Shown here one piece after another: positions 1 through 9,839 of a stretch of 64,000 bases of DNA (position 1 is its first letter; every line of letters starts with the position of its first letter). The notes under the pieces were generated by a model, which worked only from the letters and a program-made list of their open reading frames with translations, had not been told where the DNA came from and ran no database searches. Origin of the DNA: an uncultured bacterium (GTDB taxonomy: Bacteria; Desulfobacterota_D; UBA1144; Nemesobacterales; UBA2774); contig CAWGRW010000009.1 in NCBI GenBank assembly GCA_963825135.1, positions 1,280,001 to 1,344,000 of the forward strand, given 5' to 3'. Position numbers and translations under genes: made by a program.

Positions 1-28
1 ACTCTGAGTAGTATATACGGGGCGTGTT

Positions 29-1102
29 TCAGCCCCTGAGTTCGCGGGCGATTAGCTCGCCCATTTCCCTGCACCCGACTTTCTTCGTTCCCGCCTGGTG
101 GATATCCGCGGTCCTGTATCCCCTCTCCAGTACCGATTTCACTGCATTTTCGATGTCGCCCGCGGCCGCGTCCAGGTTAAAAGAGTATTTAAGCATCATC
201 GCGCACGTGAGCACCGAGGCCATGGGATTGGCTATGTCCCGCCCCGCGATGTCGGGCGCGCTTCCGTGGACCGGCTCGTATATTGCCCCCGCTCCGATGC
301 TCGCCGAGGGCAGCATGCCGAGGGAACCCGTCAGCTGCGCCGCCTCATCGCTTATTATGTCTCCGAACAAATTTCCCGCGAGCATGACGTCGAAGCTCCC
401 GGGCCTCCTTATGAGCTGCATTGCGGCGTTGTCCACGTAAAGGTGCTCAAGCTCCACATCCGGATACTCCGTATCGTGAACCTTCGTTACGACGGTCCTC
501 CAGAGCTGCATCACTTCGAGCACGTTCGCCTTGTCAATAGACGTAACCTTGTTTCTTCTCTTCCCGGCTATATCGAACGCGACCCTCGCGATCCTCTCTA
601 TCTCCCCGGTCGTGTACGCGAGCGTGTTGAATCCCCTTTCCTCGCCGTTCGGGAGCTTTTCTATCCCTCGCGGGGTGCCGAAGTATATGCCGCCCGTGAG
701 CTCCCTTACCACCATGATATCGGCCCCTTCGACGACTTCCCTCTTGAGCGTTGAGGCGTCAGCCAGCGCGGGGTATACGACGGCGGGCCTGAGGTTGGCA
801 AACGCGTCGAGCTCCTTTCTTAGCGCGAGCAAGCCGCTCTCGGGCTTCCTTGCGTGCTCGAGGTTCTCCCATTTCGGCCCCCCGACGGCCCCCATCAAGA
901 CCGCGTCCGAGGCTTTGGCTTTTTTAAGGACCTCTTTCGTTATCGGGACACCGTGAGCGTCTATGGAGCTCCCCCCGAAGAGCTCGGTCTCGAATTCGAA
1001 ATCGACCCCGTGCTTCTCACTGAGTATTCCGAGTATCCCGAGGCTCACGTTCGTAACTTCAACACCTATGCCGTCTCCGGGCAGTACGAGTACCTTTGGC
1101 AA
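29..1102 (-). CDS. leuB: 3-isopropylmalate dehydrogenase
   Basis: LPGDGIGxEV, VRELTGGIYFG, DKANVL, NLFGDIISD and YEPVHGSAPDIAG motifs; TTG start with AGGAG upstream. Confidence 0.97.
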   Translation of the reverse strand: MPKVLVLPGDGIGVEVTNVSLGILGILSEKHGVDFEFETELFGGSSIDAHGVPITKEVLKKAKASDAVLMGAVGGPKWENLEHARKPESGLLALRKELDAFANLRPAVVYPALADASTLKREVVEGADIMVVRELTGGIYFGTPRGIEKLPNGEERGFNTLAYTTGEIERIARVAFDIAGKRRNKVTSIDKANVLEVMQLWRTVVTKVHDTEYPDVELEHLYVDNAAMQLIRRPGSFDVMLAGNLFGDIISDEAAQLTGSLGMLPSASIGAGAIYEPVHGSAPDIAGRDIANPMASVLTCAMMLKYSFNLDAAAGDIENAVKSVLERGYRTADIHQAGTKKVGCREMGELIARELRG

Positions 1103-1270
1103 TCCGTTTCTCCTTTTTGCTCTTTTTCAGACGCATCGTATTTTACCCACCATACTATTGCAGTGAAAGACTCCCTGCCGCAAATGCCGTGTTTGAAATA
1201 AAATATGCAAAGCGTAAAATAGTTTTTCACAATCCGGCGGAAAAATGCCGTAATAACCGTAGATATAGAA

Positions 1271-3229
1271 ATGCCGAGAAAGAAGGGAAAAAAATCAGAA
1301 CGGAATATGCCGGCGAGGCCGCCCGTCGAAGAATCCGGGTATACGGGGGCGTCAGGGGGCTTCGTTCTCAAGTTAATCAAGCACAGGGCGTTCGCCGCGG
1401 CGCTGCTGTTCCTGGTTTCATTTTCGGTGTTCATTCCCTCTCTCCGTAACGGGCTTGTATGGGACGATGTCACCTATGTCCGGACGTGGGCCCCGCGTCT
1501 TAAGTCCGCCGATCTGAACATCAAGTTACTTGTCCCCACCAGGAAAGGGGAGGCCAGGGCGGGTAAATACTTCAGGCCCGCGTATTTTGCCTCGCTGGTC
1601 GTGGATAACAGGCTCTGGGGAGTCTCGCCGTTCGGATTTCACCTGACTAATATAATTCTGCATTCGGTCTCCACCGTGATGCTTTATTTCCTGATACTGC
1701 TTCTCTTTAAGGAATTTAACAGGGGGTCGGGCGAGAGCGAGGCCTTTCTCTCCTCGATGCTCTTTGCGCTCTATCCCCTGCACGTCGAATCCGTTTCCTT
1801 CATCGCTGCGAGGGGGGATCTCCTGGCCGGGATGTTTTTCCTGACGTGTCTCGTTTTCTACATCCTGTCATACAGAAACCTATTTTTCATTATACCGGCC
1901 GGGGTCACTTTCTATCTTTCCTTTTTATCAAAAGAGGTGGCGTTCTCCTTCCCTGTATTAATACTCGGCTTCGATCTGATCAGCAGGAGATTCCTGACCC
2001 GCGTCAATATTGTCAAATACCTCATAATATGCGCGTTGGTCCTGTTTTATTTTTATGTCAGGTCCGGCTCACTGATTAACTATCTCGGCGTGTGGAATCA
2101 GGTGAGCCTCCGTGATACAGGGGGGATCTCTGGAGCAGGCGAGTTCATCACCGTCTTTCTGGGCACGTATCTTTTCTATGCCGAGAAACTGCTCTTTCCC
2201 TACAACCTGAACCACTTCATCGGCTCAATTGCGGGCGGAGACGCGCTGCACACAATTGTTTCGGCTTTGTTAATAGCGGCTGTTACGGCGGTTTTCGTAA
2301 TCTCGGTGAGAAAGAAAGAGAACCTGACCGCTTTCTCGCTGCTGTGGATATTCGCCACGCTCGGACCCGCTGTATTGATAGCCATATATCCGCTCGCGAT
2401 AACGCGCTTTGCCGAGAGGTTCGTGTATGTCCCCTCCGCGGGCTACTGCCTGCTCGCGGGGTATCTGATCGTGAGAGGGGGCAGGCTGACGGGGAAAAAG
2501 TGGGCGGGTTTTGCGGCGGGCGGTTTGTTGTGCGCTTCTTATCTGATAGTCACCGTAAAAGGTCAGGAGGTCTGGACGGACGAGATAACGTTTTGGGAAA
2601 CCGCGGTGAAGAGGTCCCCGGATCAGATTGTCCCCAAAGTAAATTACGGCGAGGCCCTCAGGCGGTCAGGGAGGGTCGACGAGGCCATAAGTCAGCATCT
2701 GGCGGCGCTCGCTCCCGGAATCGATAGCACGAATCGGGGGAAAGCCATGGCTGCCGGTTCCCTCGCTTCCGACTACTTACAGAAAGGGGATTACCTGAAC
2801 GCGGAGAGGTATTTGAAGGCCGCCCTTGAGTATAACCCGGCTACCGAGGACAAATATAGCTATCATATGGGTCTTATATCTCTTAAAAAGAACGATACCG
2901 CCGCTGCCGGAGAGTATCTGCGTAAAGCGGTCAAGCTCGATCCCGGAAACGTAAAGGCTCACTACCTGCTGGGGGTTACGTATTTCGCGGACGCCGGCAG
3001 GGACAAATCCGTCGACGAGTACAGGCTTGCGGAGAGCTCCCTTTTGAATGCGCTCAAGCTCGACCCGGGGTTCGTGAAAGCGAAGGTCTCTTTAGCCGGG
3101 GTCTATCTTGCGCTCGGAGAGAAGGAAAAAGCAAGGGAACAGGCCCTGTCGGTCCTCGACATGACTGCCGACCCGGCAATCGTCGGCGAGGCTAATACGA
3201 TTATCAAAGCGCTAAATGCGAGCCCTTGA
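1271..3229 (+). CDS. TMTC-like GT-C membrane protein with C-terminal TPR repeats (putative protein O-mannosyltransferase)
   Basis: WDD loop after first TM, YFRP, FHLTNIILH, PLHVESV..IAARGD, LSKE, AERFVYVPS; about 11 TM segments followed by several TPR-like helical repeats. Confidence 0.8.
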   Translation: MPRKKGKKSERNMPARPPVEESGYTGASGGFVLKLIKHRAFAAALLFLVSFSVFIPSLRNGLVWDDVTYVRTWAPRLKSADLNIKLLVPTRKGEARAGKYFRPAYFASLVVDNRLWGVSPFGFHLTNIILHSVSTVMLYFLILLLFKEFNRGSGESEAFLSSMLFALYPLHVESVSFIAARGDLLAGMFFLTCLVFYILSYRNLFFIIPAGVTFYLSFLSKEVAFSFPVLILGFDLISRRFLTRVNIVKYLIICALVLFYFYVRSGSLINYLGVWNQVSLRDTGGISGAGEFITVFLGTYLFYAEKLLFPYNLNHFIGSIAGGDALHTIVSALLIAAVTAVFVISVRKKENLTAFSLLWIFATLGPAVLIAIYPLAITRFAERFVYVPSAGYCLLAGYLIVRGGRLTGKKWAGFAAGGLLCASYLIVTVKGQEVWTDEITFWETAVKRSPDQIVPKVNYGEALRRSGRVDEAISQHLAALAPGIDSTNRGKAMAAGSLASDYLQKGDYLNAERYLKAALEYNPATEDKYSYHMGLISLKKNDTAAAGEYLRKAVKLDPGNVKAHYLLGVTYFADAGRDKSVDEYRLAESSLLNALKLDPGFVKAKVSLAGVYLALGEKEKAREQALSVLDMTADPAIVGEANTIIKALNASP

Positions 3230-3258
3230 TTACCGTTGTTAAGAATTCCCTTCCCGGA

Positions 3259-4017
3259 TTAATCGACGTAGTTCGTAAGCACGCCGATACCTTCGATCTC
3301 GACCTCCACCTTGTCGCCGCTCTTCATCGGGCTCACTCCGGCCGGGGTGCCGGTGGAAATAATGTCGCCGGGCAGGAGCGTCATGACCTTCGATATGAAG
3401 CTCAGGAGGGCGGGCACGCTGAATAGGAGGTTCCCGGTGCTCGAATGCTGTTTCCTTTCGCCGTTTAAATAAGTCGATATCTCGAGGTCTCCGGGGTCGA
3501 GCTCGGTCTCGACGACCGGCCCCACGGGGGCGAATGTATCGAAGCCCTTTGCCCTCGTGAATTGTATGTCCTTCGCCTGGATGTCCCGCGCCGTGACGTC
3601 GTTCAGACACGTATAGCCGAGCACATAATCAAAGGCGTCCCTTTCTTCGACGTGGTAGGCCTTCTTCCCTATCACGAGGGCGAGCTCTCCTTCGTAGTCG
3701 ACGCGTGAGGACATGTGCCGGGGATATATTATTTTATCCCCGTGTGCTATCAACGAGGTGCTTGGCTTGATGAAGAGCCTCGGCTCTTCCGGAAGCTCCC
3801 TTCCCATCTCCTCCGCGTGGTCCTTATAGTTAAGCCCGACCGCGACGATCTTGGTCGGCGTGACCGGCGGGAGCAGTTTAACCTCCTCCGGGTCGTACAA
3901 ATGTTCGGTAATTTTGAATTCGCCGAATACATCGCCCTCGATCTTTTTTATTTTGCCGTATGCGGGAGTGCCGAACATCGTGTCCTTATCGCGCGTCTCG
4001 AATCTCAGAAATTTCAT
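3259..4017 (-). CDS. Fumarylacetoacetate hydrolase family protein
   Basis: KIVAVGLNY, DYEGEL, NDVTARD, AKGFDTFAP and PGDIISTGTPAG motifs. Confidence 0.93.
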   Translation of the reverse strand: MKFLRFETRDKDTMFGTPAYGKIKKIEGDVFGEFKITEHLYDPEEVKLLPPVTPTKIVAVGLNYKDHAEEMGRELPEEPRLFIKPSTSLIAHGDKIIYPRHMSSRVDYEGELALVIGKKAYHVEERDAFDYVLGYTCLNDVTARDIQAKDIQFTRAKGFDTFAPVGPVVETELDPGDLEISTYLNGERKQHSSTGNLLFSVPALLSFISKVMTLLPGDIISTGTPAGVSPMKSGDKVEVEIEGIGVLTNYVD

Positions 4018-4080
4018 ATGCGTTAACTCTCCTGAGCTGATATTCTATAATTTCTTTCCTCGAACGGGATTATACACGAA

Positions 4081-4815
4081 TTAATATTTAACCTCTTTTA
4101 AATACAAGCCGCGCGCGGGGGCCGCGTGCACGAATTTCGTTTTCTCTCCCGAATCCAGGATTTTCTTAAATTGCGCCGGGGTGATCTTTTCCTTGCCCAC
4201 CTGGACGAGGGTCCCGACAATGAGCCTGACCATTCGTTTCATGAAGCCGTCGGCCTCGATGCTGAATTCCAGAATCTCGTCCCGGCTTTCGATTCCGGCG
4301 CGGAGTACTGTCCTTACCGTCGATTTCACGGTAGCCCCGGATTGCGCGAACGCCCTGAAATCGTGCCGGCCGACCAGCGCGCGTGCGGCTTCGTCCATGA
4401 ATCGGACCTCAAGCGGGTATGGCATGAACCAGGCCCTGTCCCTCAGGAGCGCGGACGGGAATGGCCGGTTCAGGATCCTGTATACGTATGTTTTGCTCCT
4501 GGCCGAGAGCTGGGCGTGAAAACCCGGCTCCGCCTCCTCCGCGCTTGTAATCACTATGTCCCTTGGCATCATGGAATTGAGCCCTTTCTGTATTTCGGCT
4601 GCGCTGAGTCCGCTTTCGGTCTTGAAGTTGGCGACCTGGCCCAGGGCATGCACGCCGGAATCCGTCCTGCCGGAGCCCAGGAGTTTTATATTCTCCCCGG
4701 TCATGGTCCGGAGGCACGCCTCGATCGACGCCTGTATCGACGGGCCCGACAGCTGTCTCTGCCAGCCTACGTAGCCCGACCCGTCGTATTCGATTATGAG
4801 CTTGACGTTCCTCAC
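4081..4815 (-). CDS. truA: tRNA pseudouridine(38-40) synthase
   Basis: IEYDGSGYVGWQRQ, GRTDSGVHA, G.HDFRAF, F...MVR.IVGTL, APARGL; GTG start at 4815 just after the oppB-like stop; the longer track ORF is an overlapping extension. Confidence 0.95.
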   Translation of the reverse strand: MRNVKLIIEYDGSGYVGWQRQLSGPSIQASIEACLRTMTGENIKLLGSGRTDSGVHALGQVANFKTESGLSAAEIQKGLNSMMPRDIVITSAEEAEPGFHAQLSARSKTYVYRILNRPFPSALLRDRAWFMPYPLEVRFMDEAARALVGRHDFRAFAQSGATVKSTVRTVLRAGIESRDEILEFSIEADGFMKRMVRLIVGTLVQVGKEKITPAQFKKILDSGEKTKFVHAAPARGLYLKEVKY

Positions 4816-4817
4816 GT

Positions 4818-5750
4818 CTATATGCCGCCCTTGTCGAATTTTATCCTGGGGTCCAGAACGACGTACAGGACGTCCACGACCAGGTTCGCGAGGACGAGGA
4901 TTATCGTATACACGATCGTTATCCCCATCACGAGCGGGTAGTCCCGGTTGGAGACGGCCATTACGAAGAACCGGCCGGTCCCGGGTATGGCGAAAATGTG
5001 CTCGACGACGAAAGACCCGGTTACGAGGAACGCCGTAATGGGGCCCAGCACCGTTACGACGGGGATGAGCGCGTTTCTCAGTATATGTTTCGTGACCACA
5101 ATGAATTCGCTTAACCCCTTTGCCCGCGCGGTCCTTATAAAGAGCGCTTTTGAGGTATCCAGCATGCTCGCCCGCGTGAGCCGGGCAATGTAGGCCGCGG
5201 GTCCGGCGGCGAGCGTCAGCGCGGGAAGCACCACGCTGGCGGGGCCTCTCCAGAGAGCGGCGGGGAGCCACCCGAGCTTGACCGAGAAGATGTATATGAG
5301 CAGCGCCCCTGTTACGAAGCTCGGTACCGAGACGAGCGCAGTCGCGATAGAGACGGAGGCGAAATCGACCGCGCCTCCCGGCCTGGTCGCCGATGCGATC
5401 CCTATTGCGCATCCGAAAGTTATGGCGACGATGAGGCTGATGAGTCCGAGCTCGACGGATACGGGGAGCGTCTCGCCGATTATCTCGTTCACGGATCTGT
5501 CTATGTATTTATACGACGGGCCGAAATCGCCCAGGGCGAGGTTTCTTAAATAGTAGAGGTACTGTTTTGGGACCGGCTCGTCCAGGTTGTACTTGGCCTC
5601 GATATTCTTCTTGATCTGGGGGGGCAGTTTCTTTTCGGTATCGAACGGCCCCCCGGGGAGAGTCCTGAGCAGGAAAAACGTTATCGTCACGACTGCGAAT
5701 ATTACGAAGACTCCGGTAAGGGTGCGGCCTATGACGAATTTTCCGATCAA
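4818..5750 (-). CDS. oppB: Oligopeptide/dipeptide ABC transporter permease (OppB/DppB family)
   Basis: PGGPF, GDFGPSY, EAA loop TARAKGLS..V..KHILRNALIP, RDYPLVMG. Confidence 0.85.
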   Translation of the reverse strand: MIGKFVIGRTLTGVFVIFAVVTITFFLLRTLPGGPFDTEKKLPPQIKKNIEAKYNLDEPVPKQYLYYLRNLALGDFGPSYKYIDRSVNEIIGETLPVSVELGLISLIVAITFGCAIGIASATRPGGAVDFASVSIATALVSVPSFVTGALLIYIFSVKLGWLPAALWRGPASVVLPALTLAAGPAAYIARLTRASMLDTSKALFIRTARAKGLSEFIVVTKHILRNALIPVVTVLGPITAFLVTGSFVVEHIFAIPGTGRFFVMAVSNRDYPLVMGITIVYTIILVLANLVVDVLYVVLDPRIKFDKGGI

Positions 5751-5755
5751 GCCGG

Positions 5756-8752
5756 CTACCCTTGCTGATCCTCTTTTCTCACCACGAAGGATTGTTTGGA
5801 CAGCAGCCCGTTCGAATCCTTTGCGATAATCGTAATGAGGTTCACTTCATCATCGAGCTTGAGTTTGACGGACAGGGGCACTTCCTTGCTTGCGGAAGGC
5901 AGCAGCGCGACCTTGTTATCGCCTATGAAAACGGACACGAGCTCTATACCGTCCCCGTCGATGACGTCCCCGTTAAGCGTGATCGTTCCCGCAGTCGTGG
6001 AGACGGGCAGCCCGGTTACGTTGATGACAGGCGGGGCTTCGAAGGTCTCCTTCAGCAGTGAGCCGCCCGATGGCTGGGCGGGTCCTGCGGTTTCGGAAAT
6101 GACGACCTTCTCTTTATTGACCCAGCCCGTCGAGTTTTCATCTATTTTTATTTTTATCCAATTGCCGCTTTGTCCGAGGCCCGTGAAGGTAGCTCCCTGT
6201 CCCGAGAGCGCAATGATAGGGGCTTCCTGATAACCCCCTCCCCTGATCGGCGTGTCCGCCTCGGCTATCGTGACCGTAGATGCCTTTTTCTCGAACGCCG
6301 AACCGTCTGTTTTCCCCGGAATGATTGTTTTCCCTACGAGCCCTTCCTTAAAGACGTCGTCCACGATCTGGAGCTCCAGGTCGAGCGGGGAATCGGTGTT
6401 GTTCACATCGAATGTGAAAGTTGCGTCCCTGGTCTCGCCGGGGAGGAAGTTTTCAAATTCGGCCCTCCCCTTTTCAAGAAAAATTTTATCCCCCGAATTG
6501 TTTTTGAGCGTCAGTATCGTCTTTTCCGAAGCCCCCGGGCCGATGTTCTTGATCTTCGCCTCAAAAGCGATGATTTCCCCCGGCTCAGGGATTCCGTTGC
6601 CGTTCCCCCTGGACCCGCGGCTGCCGTCGTCCACGATCGCGTAATTGAAGGCATAGAGGGGCCTTTCGAGTCCGAACGTATCGGCGGTGAACCTGTAATC
6701 CGGTATCTTCGAGTCGTCCCCGTCCTCGAATTTAAGAGTCACCGTGTCCTCCCTGGTAAGGGCCCATTTCGGTATCTCGAACGTGGTTTTCCACGCCCTC
6801 TTCTCGCCCGGTTTTACCTTTCCGAATATGAGCTCTTTGCCGTCGAACACGGGGTTTTCGGATTCCGTCGCCGCCATGAGCCGGTATACGGGCTCAGTCC
6901 CGGTGTTCTCCACCTCGAAATTCACGTCGAGCTTCCCTCCGGCGCTGCCCTTGGGGGTTTCAGGGGTCACACGGACCGCGAGGGAGGGCGCTGCGCCCTG
7001 CGTCTTTTCATTGGTCCAGTCGATCCCCATGAGCTTCCATTGGTCCACGATCTTGTCTTCCTGGCCCTTCGAGATTTTGGTGATCTCCCCATGTATCTCG
7101 CCGAGCGATTCCTGCCTGGACGTGGAGGATGAGTTATTGATAATGTTCCTTGCGAGCGTTACGTAAAAATCCTCGTCGAGCTTCTTCCTCTTTTCCTCGC
7201 GCGACAGGGCCTCTTCGGGGGTGGGTTCTTCTTCCTCGTCGCCTTTCTTGACGGCGTTGTTATTGTCGAGGTACGTGACCGAATATACGGGCTTTTCCAG
7301 GACCCGGTTAATGTGTTCCTTTTTCTTGCCCGGCTTTTCGGGGATCTCGTTGTCGGAATTCGGATGGAACACGACAGTGTCGTCGGTGATAATCGCGGGG
7401 TGCAGGATAATGTCGGGCGTCACTCCGACGTCCTGGATCGAAATGTCGCCAGGTGTCAGGTACTGCGCTATCGTAAGCTTGAGCGCCGAGCCGTCGTTCA
7501 GATCGAATATCTGCTGAACAGACCCCTTCCCGAATGTTCTCTCCCCTATGACGATCGCCCTATCGTCGTTCTTGAGGGCCCCTGAGACGATCTCCGAGGC
7601 GCTCGCGCTCCCCGCATCGACCAGGATGACGACTTTACCGCTCAGTTCCTGGTCCTTGTCGTTCGCGTGGTATCGTTTGGCGGAATTCCCGATTTTAGTC
7701 GTGACTATCACGCCGTCGGTGAGGAAGAGGTCAGAGATCCTCTCTGCCTGGTCGAGAAGCCCGCCCGGGTTGCCCCTCAGATCGAGTATTATGCCCCTCG
7801 GGTTTTCCGCGCCGCTGCTCTGGAGGTTATGAATGATGCTGTCGAGGGTGTTTTTCTGAAAGTCCCTGATTCTCACGTACTGGATGCCGTCCCCCAGGTC
7901 GAACGTCTCGACGCTCTCTATTACTATGGTGTCCCGCATCATCTTGTATTCCCTGGGCGACGGGAACCCCTCTCTCATAACGTGTATCGAGACCTCCGTT
8001 CCGGCCGGCCCCCTCAGCTTGCTGACTGCTTCGATAAGCGACATGTTTATCGTGGATTCGTTCGCGATCTGTACGATCCTGTCGTTGGGTTTTATCCCGG
8101 CCCTGTAGGCCGGGGTCCCTTCTATCGGGGAAATGACCGCGAGCTCCCCGTCCCTTACCCCGATTACTATCCCCAGTCCGCCGAAGCTGCCCTCGGTTTC
8201 TATCATGAACTCCTTATATACCTGCGGGGTAATAATTCCTGAATGCGGGTCGAGCGAATTGAGCATCTGATCGATAACGGCGTATTCGATATCATTGATC
8301 TTCGGGTCGTTCGGCGTCAGGTGGGGAGAGATGAGCTGGAATACCAGTACGAGCCTGTCCGTGACGTCGTTGAGGGTTTCTACCCCGCTCATGTCGAACT
8401 CCTTTTTCTCCCCGGCTACCTGAACTTCGAACTTTGCGCTCTTCTCTCCGTCGGGGAATTCCACAAGCACCTGGTCGACGATCTGCTCCATTCTTTCGAG
8501 CCCGAGCATCAGCATTTTTTTCGGGTCGATGAGCGATTTGTCCACATAGTAGCGGTTCACGTACTGCATTACCGCGTCGGTCGTGCTCAGGTTGTCGGCC
8601 TGGGCCTCTTGCCCGAGAACCGCGGGAACGGGCTGGAAAAATATGACGCACGCGAAGGCGGCTAGAAATGCCGTTAATATAAAGAGGTTTTTGGCCCTTT
8701 CCGGAATTTTCTTCAAAATTCGTTCTCCTCGATTCTTGTCTTGTTTGCTCAA
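5756..8752 (-). CDS. S41 (CtpA/Prc-like) carboxy-terminal processing serine peptidase with PDZ domain and long Ig-like/SH3-like C-terminal extension
   Basis: LDPHS, FGGLGIVIG (PDZ), DLRGNPGGLL, SASASEIV (catalytic Ser), TFGKGSVQ (Lys); N-terminal hydrophobic signal; about 450 aa beta-rich C-terminal region. Confidence 0.9.
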   Translation of the reverse strand: MSKQDKNRGERILKKIPERAKNLFILTAFLAAFACVIFFQPVPAVLGQEAQADNLSTTDAVMQYVNRYYVDKSLIDPKKMLMLGLERMEQIVDQVLVEFPDGEKSAKFEVQVAGEKKEFDMSGVETLNDVTDRLVLVFQLISPHLTPNDPKINDIEYAVIDQMLNSLDPHSGIITPQVYKEFMIETEGSFGGLGIVIGVRDGELAVISPIEGTPAYRAGIKPNDRIVQIANESTINMSLIEAVSKLRGPAGTEVSIHVMREGFPSPREYKMMRDTIVIESVETFDLGDGIQYVRIRDFQKNTLDSIIHNLQSSGAENPRGIILDLRGNPGGLLDQAERISDLFLTDGVIVTTKIGNSAKRYHANDKDQELSGKVVILVDAGSASASEIVSGALKNDDRAIVIGERTFGKGSVQQIFDLNDGSALKLTIAQYLTPGDISIQDVGVTPDIILHPAIITDDTVVFHPNSDNEIPEKPGKKKEHINRVLEKPVYSVTYLDNNNAVKKGDEEEEPTPEEALSREEKRKKLDEDFYVTLARNIINNSSSTSRQESLGEIHGEITKISKGQEDKIVDQWKLMGIDWTNEKTQGAAPSLAVRVTPETPKGSAGGKLDVNFEVENTGTEPVYRLMAATESENPVFDGKELIFGKVKPGEKRAWKTTFEIPKWALTREDTVTLKFEDGDDSKIPDYRFTADTFGLERPLYAFNYAIVDDGSRGSRGNGNGIPEPGEIIAFEAKIKNIGPGASEKTILTLKNNSGDKIFLEKGRAEFENFLPGETRDATFTFDVNNTDSPLDLELQIVDDVFKEGLVGKTIIPGKTDGSAFEKKASTVTIAEADTPIRGGGYQEAPIIALSGQGATFTGLGQSGNWIKIKIDENSTGWVNKEKVVISETAGPAQPSGGSLLKETFEAPPVINVTGLPVSTTAGTITLNGDVIDGDGIELVSVFIGDNKVALLPSASKEVPLSVKLKLDDEVNLITIIAKDSNGLLSKQSFVVRKEDQQG

Positions 8753-9539
8753 TAAGATATTACCACATCATGCGGACCGTCATTAAAACCGGCCCCCACT
8801 CCCGGGCCTCGGACCCGTTTGTTGGAGAATCTGGTTTTGAATTGAAAGATGCGCCTGATTACAGTCAGATAATTTTAACCGATTTTCTGCGAAAAGTTCA
8901 TTCCCGCGCCCGCCGCGCCGTTTGTCAATATACATTATATGCTAGATATATATAATATTTATTGCTCCCGTCAGACGGCTTCGGGTCGGCGGACCTCAGG
9001 GGGCCGGATGTCCGTCCGGGTATCGGCCGGGCCCCGGGGTATCGAGGATGGGGGCTGGAGAATATCGGGCTCGGGCGCCCCTGGCCCCGACGACGCCCCC
9101 CGAACGGGTTCGGATCGGGCGGGGAAGGGGGGGGCGCGTCCGACGCCGGTTCGAGCCGGCCCGGGGTCAGGATCGGTCTCCCCCGGGGTCTCGCGGGTCT
9201 GATTGACGCCTGTTTCCGTATCCGGTTCCCGTGGCGGGGGCCCGCCCGGGTGCGGTCTGCGCGACAGGCCGGCATTTCGGTGATTATGGGCATTGGCAAT
9301 TTCCGACGGGCGCGGGCAGGGTGAAGTGAGAATTTCATTTTACATATTAAGTCACGACAGGCGGTTAGAGGCGGCCAATGGGATATAAACCCGCGATAGC
9401 CCCATGGAATGCGCATATGTTTCTCAATGGTGGAGGGGGCTTATGCCGAGGCTCGTAACTTGCATGCATTTGTAGTCCGGGGGCATGCCCCTATTTATTC
9501 CTTGTGCCGACCGTGAAATTAAAGGATGACCAAAATATC

Positions 9540-9568
9540 TTGACAAGGGGTATAATTTGTGATGTAAT
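9540..9568 (+). promoter_or_regulatory. Putative sigma-70 promoter P1 of the secreted-protein operon
   Basis: TTGACA(9540-45)-N17-TGTAAT(9563-68) with extended -10 TG. Confidence 0.55.
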
Positions 9569-9643
9569 TGCTATAATTTTGAAGGAGGAAGGAGTATGGT
9601 TTCATATCTCCGGAATGTACATATTTGCGCTGGAGAAAAGGAC

Positions 9644-9672
9644 TTGACAACGACTTCTTTCTATGTTGTAAT
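9644..9672 (+). promoter_or_regulatory. Putative sigma-70 promoter P2 of the secreted-protein operon
   Basis: TTGACA(9644-49)-N17-TGTAAT(9667-72) with extended -10 TG; same architecture as P1. Confidence 0.55.
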
Positions 9673-9839
9673 TCTGAGCAGTTGTGAGTTGTATCGGGTA
9701 TTCGTTTATAGTAAGGAGATGGAGCTTGCCTGAATAAACCGATTCCCGCACATTTTTGCTATCTCGAAAATTTAGAAGGAGGATGTTTATGACTAAAGGA
9801 AATTTGATTAACAATACCAAAACAAGGAGGAAAGGTTCA

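Noticed and set aside
4816..5412. 443-aa extended TruA ORF
   Set aside because: The extension overlaps the oppB-like gene in another frame and is Arg-rich junk; the real start is GTG 4815
8925..9416. ORFs 8925-9416(-), 8939-9202(+) and 8962-9324(+)
   Set aside because: Low-complexity Pro/Arg/Gly translations expected from very GC-rich DNA; no motifs
9428..9460. TGGTGGAG resembling a reverse-strand tRNA/tmRNA 3' end
   Set aside because: No correctly spaced T-arm (GGTTCGA) or cloverleaf
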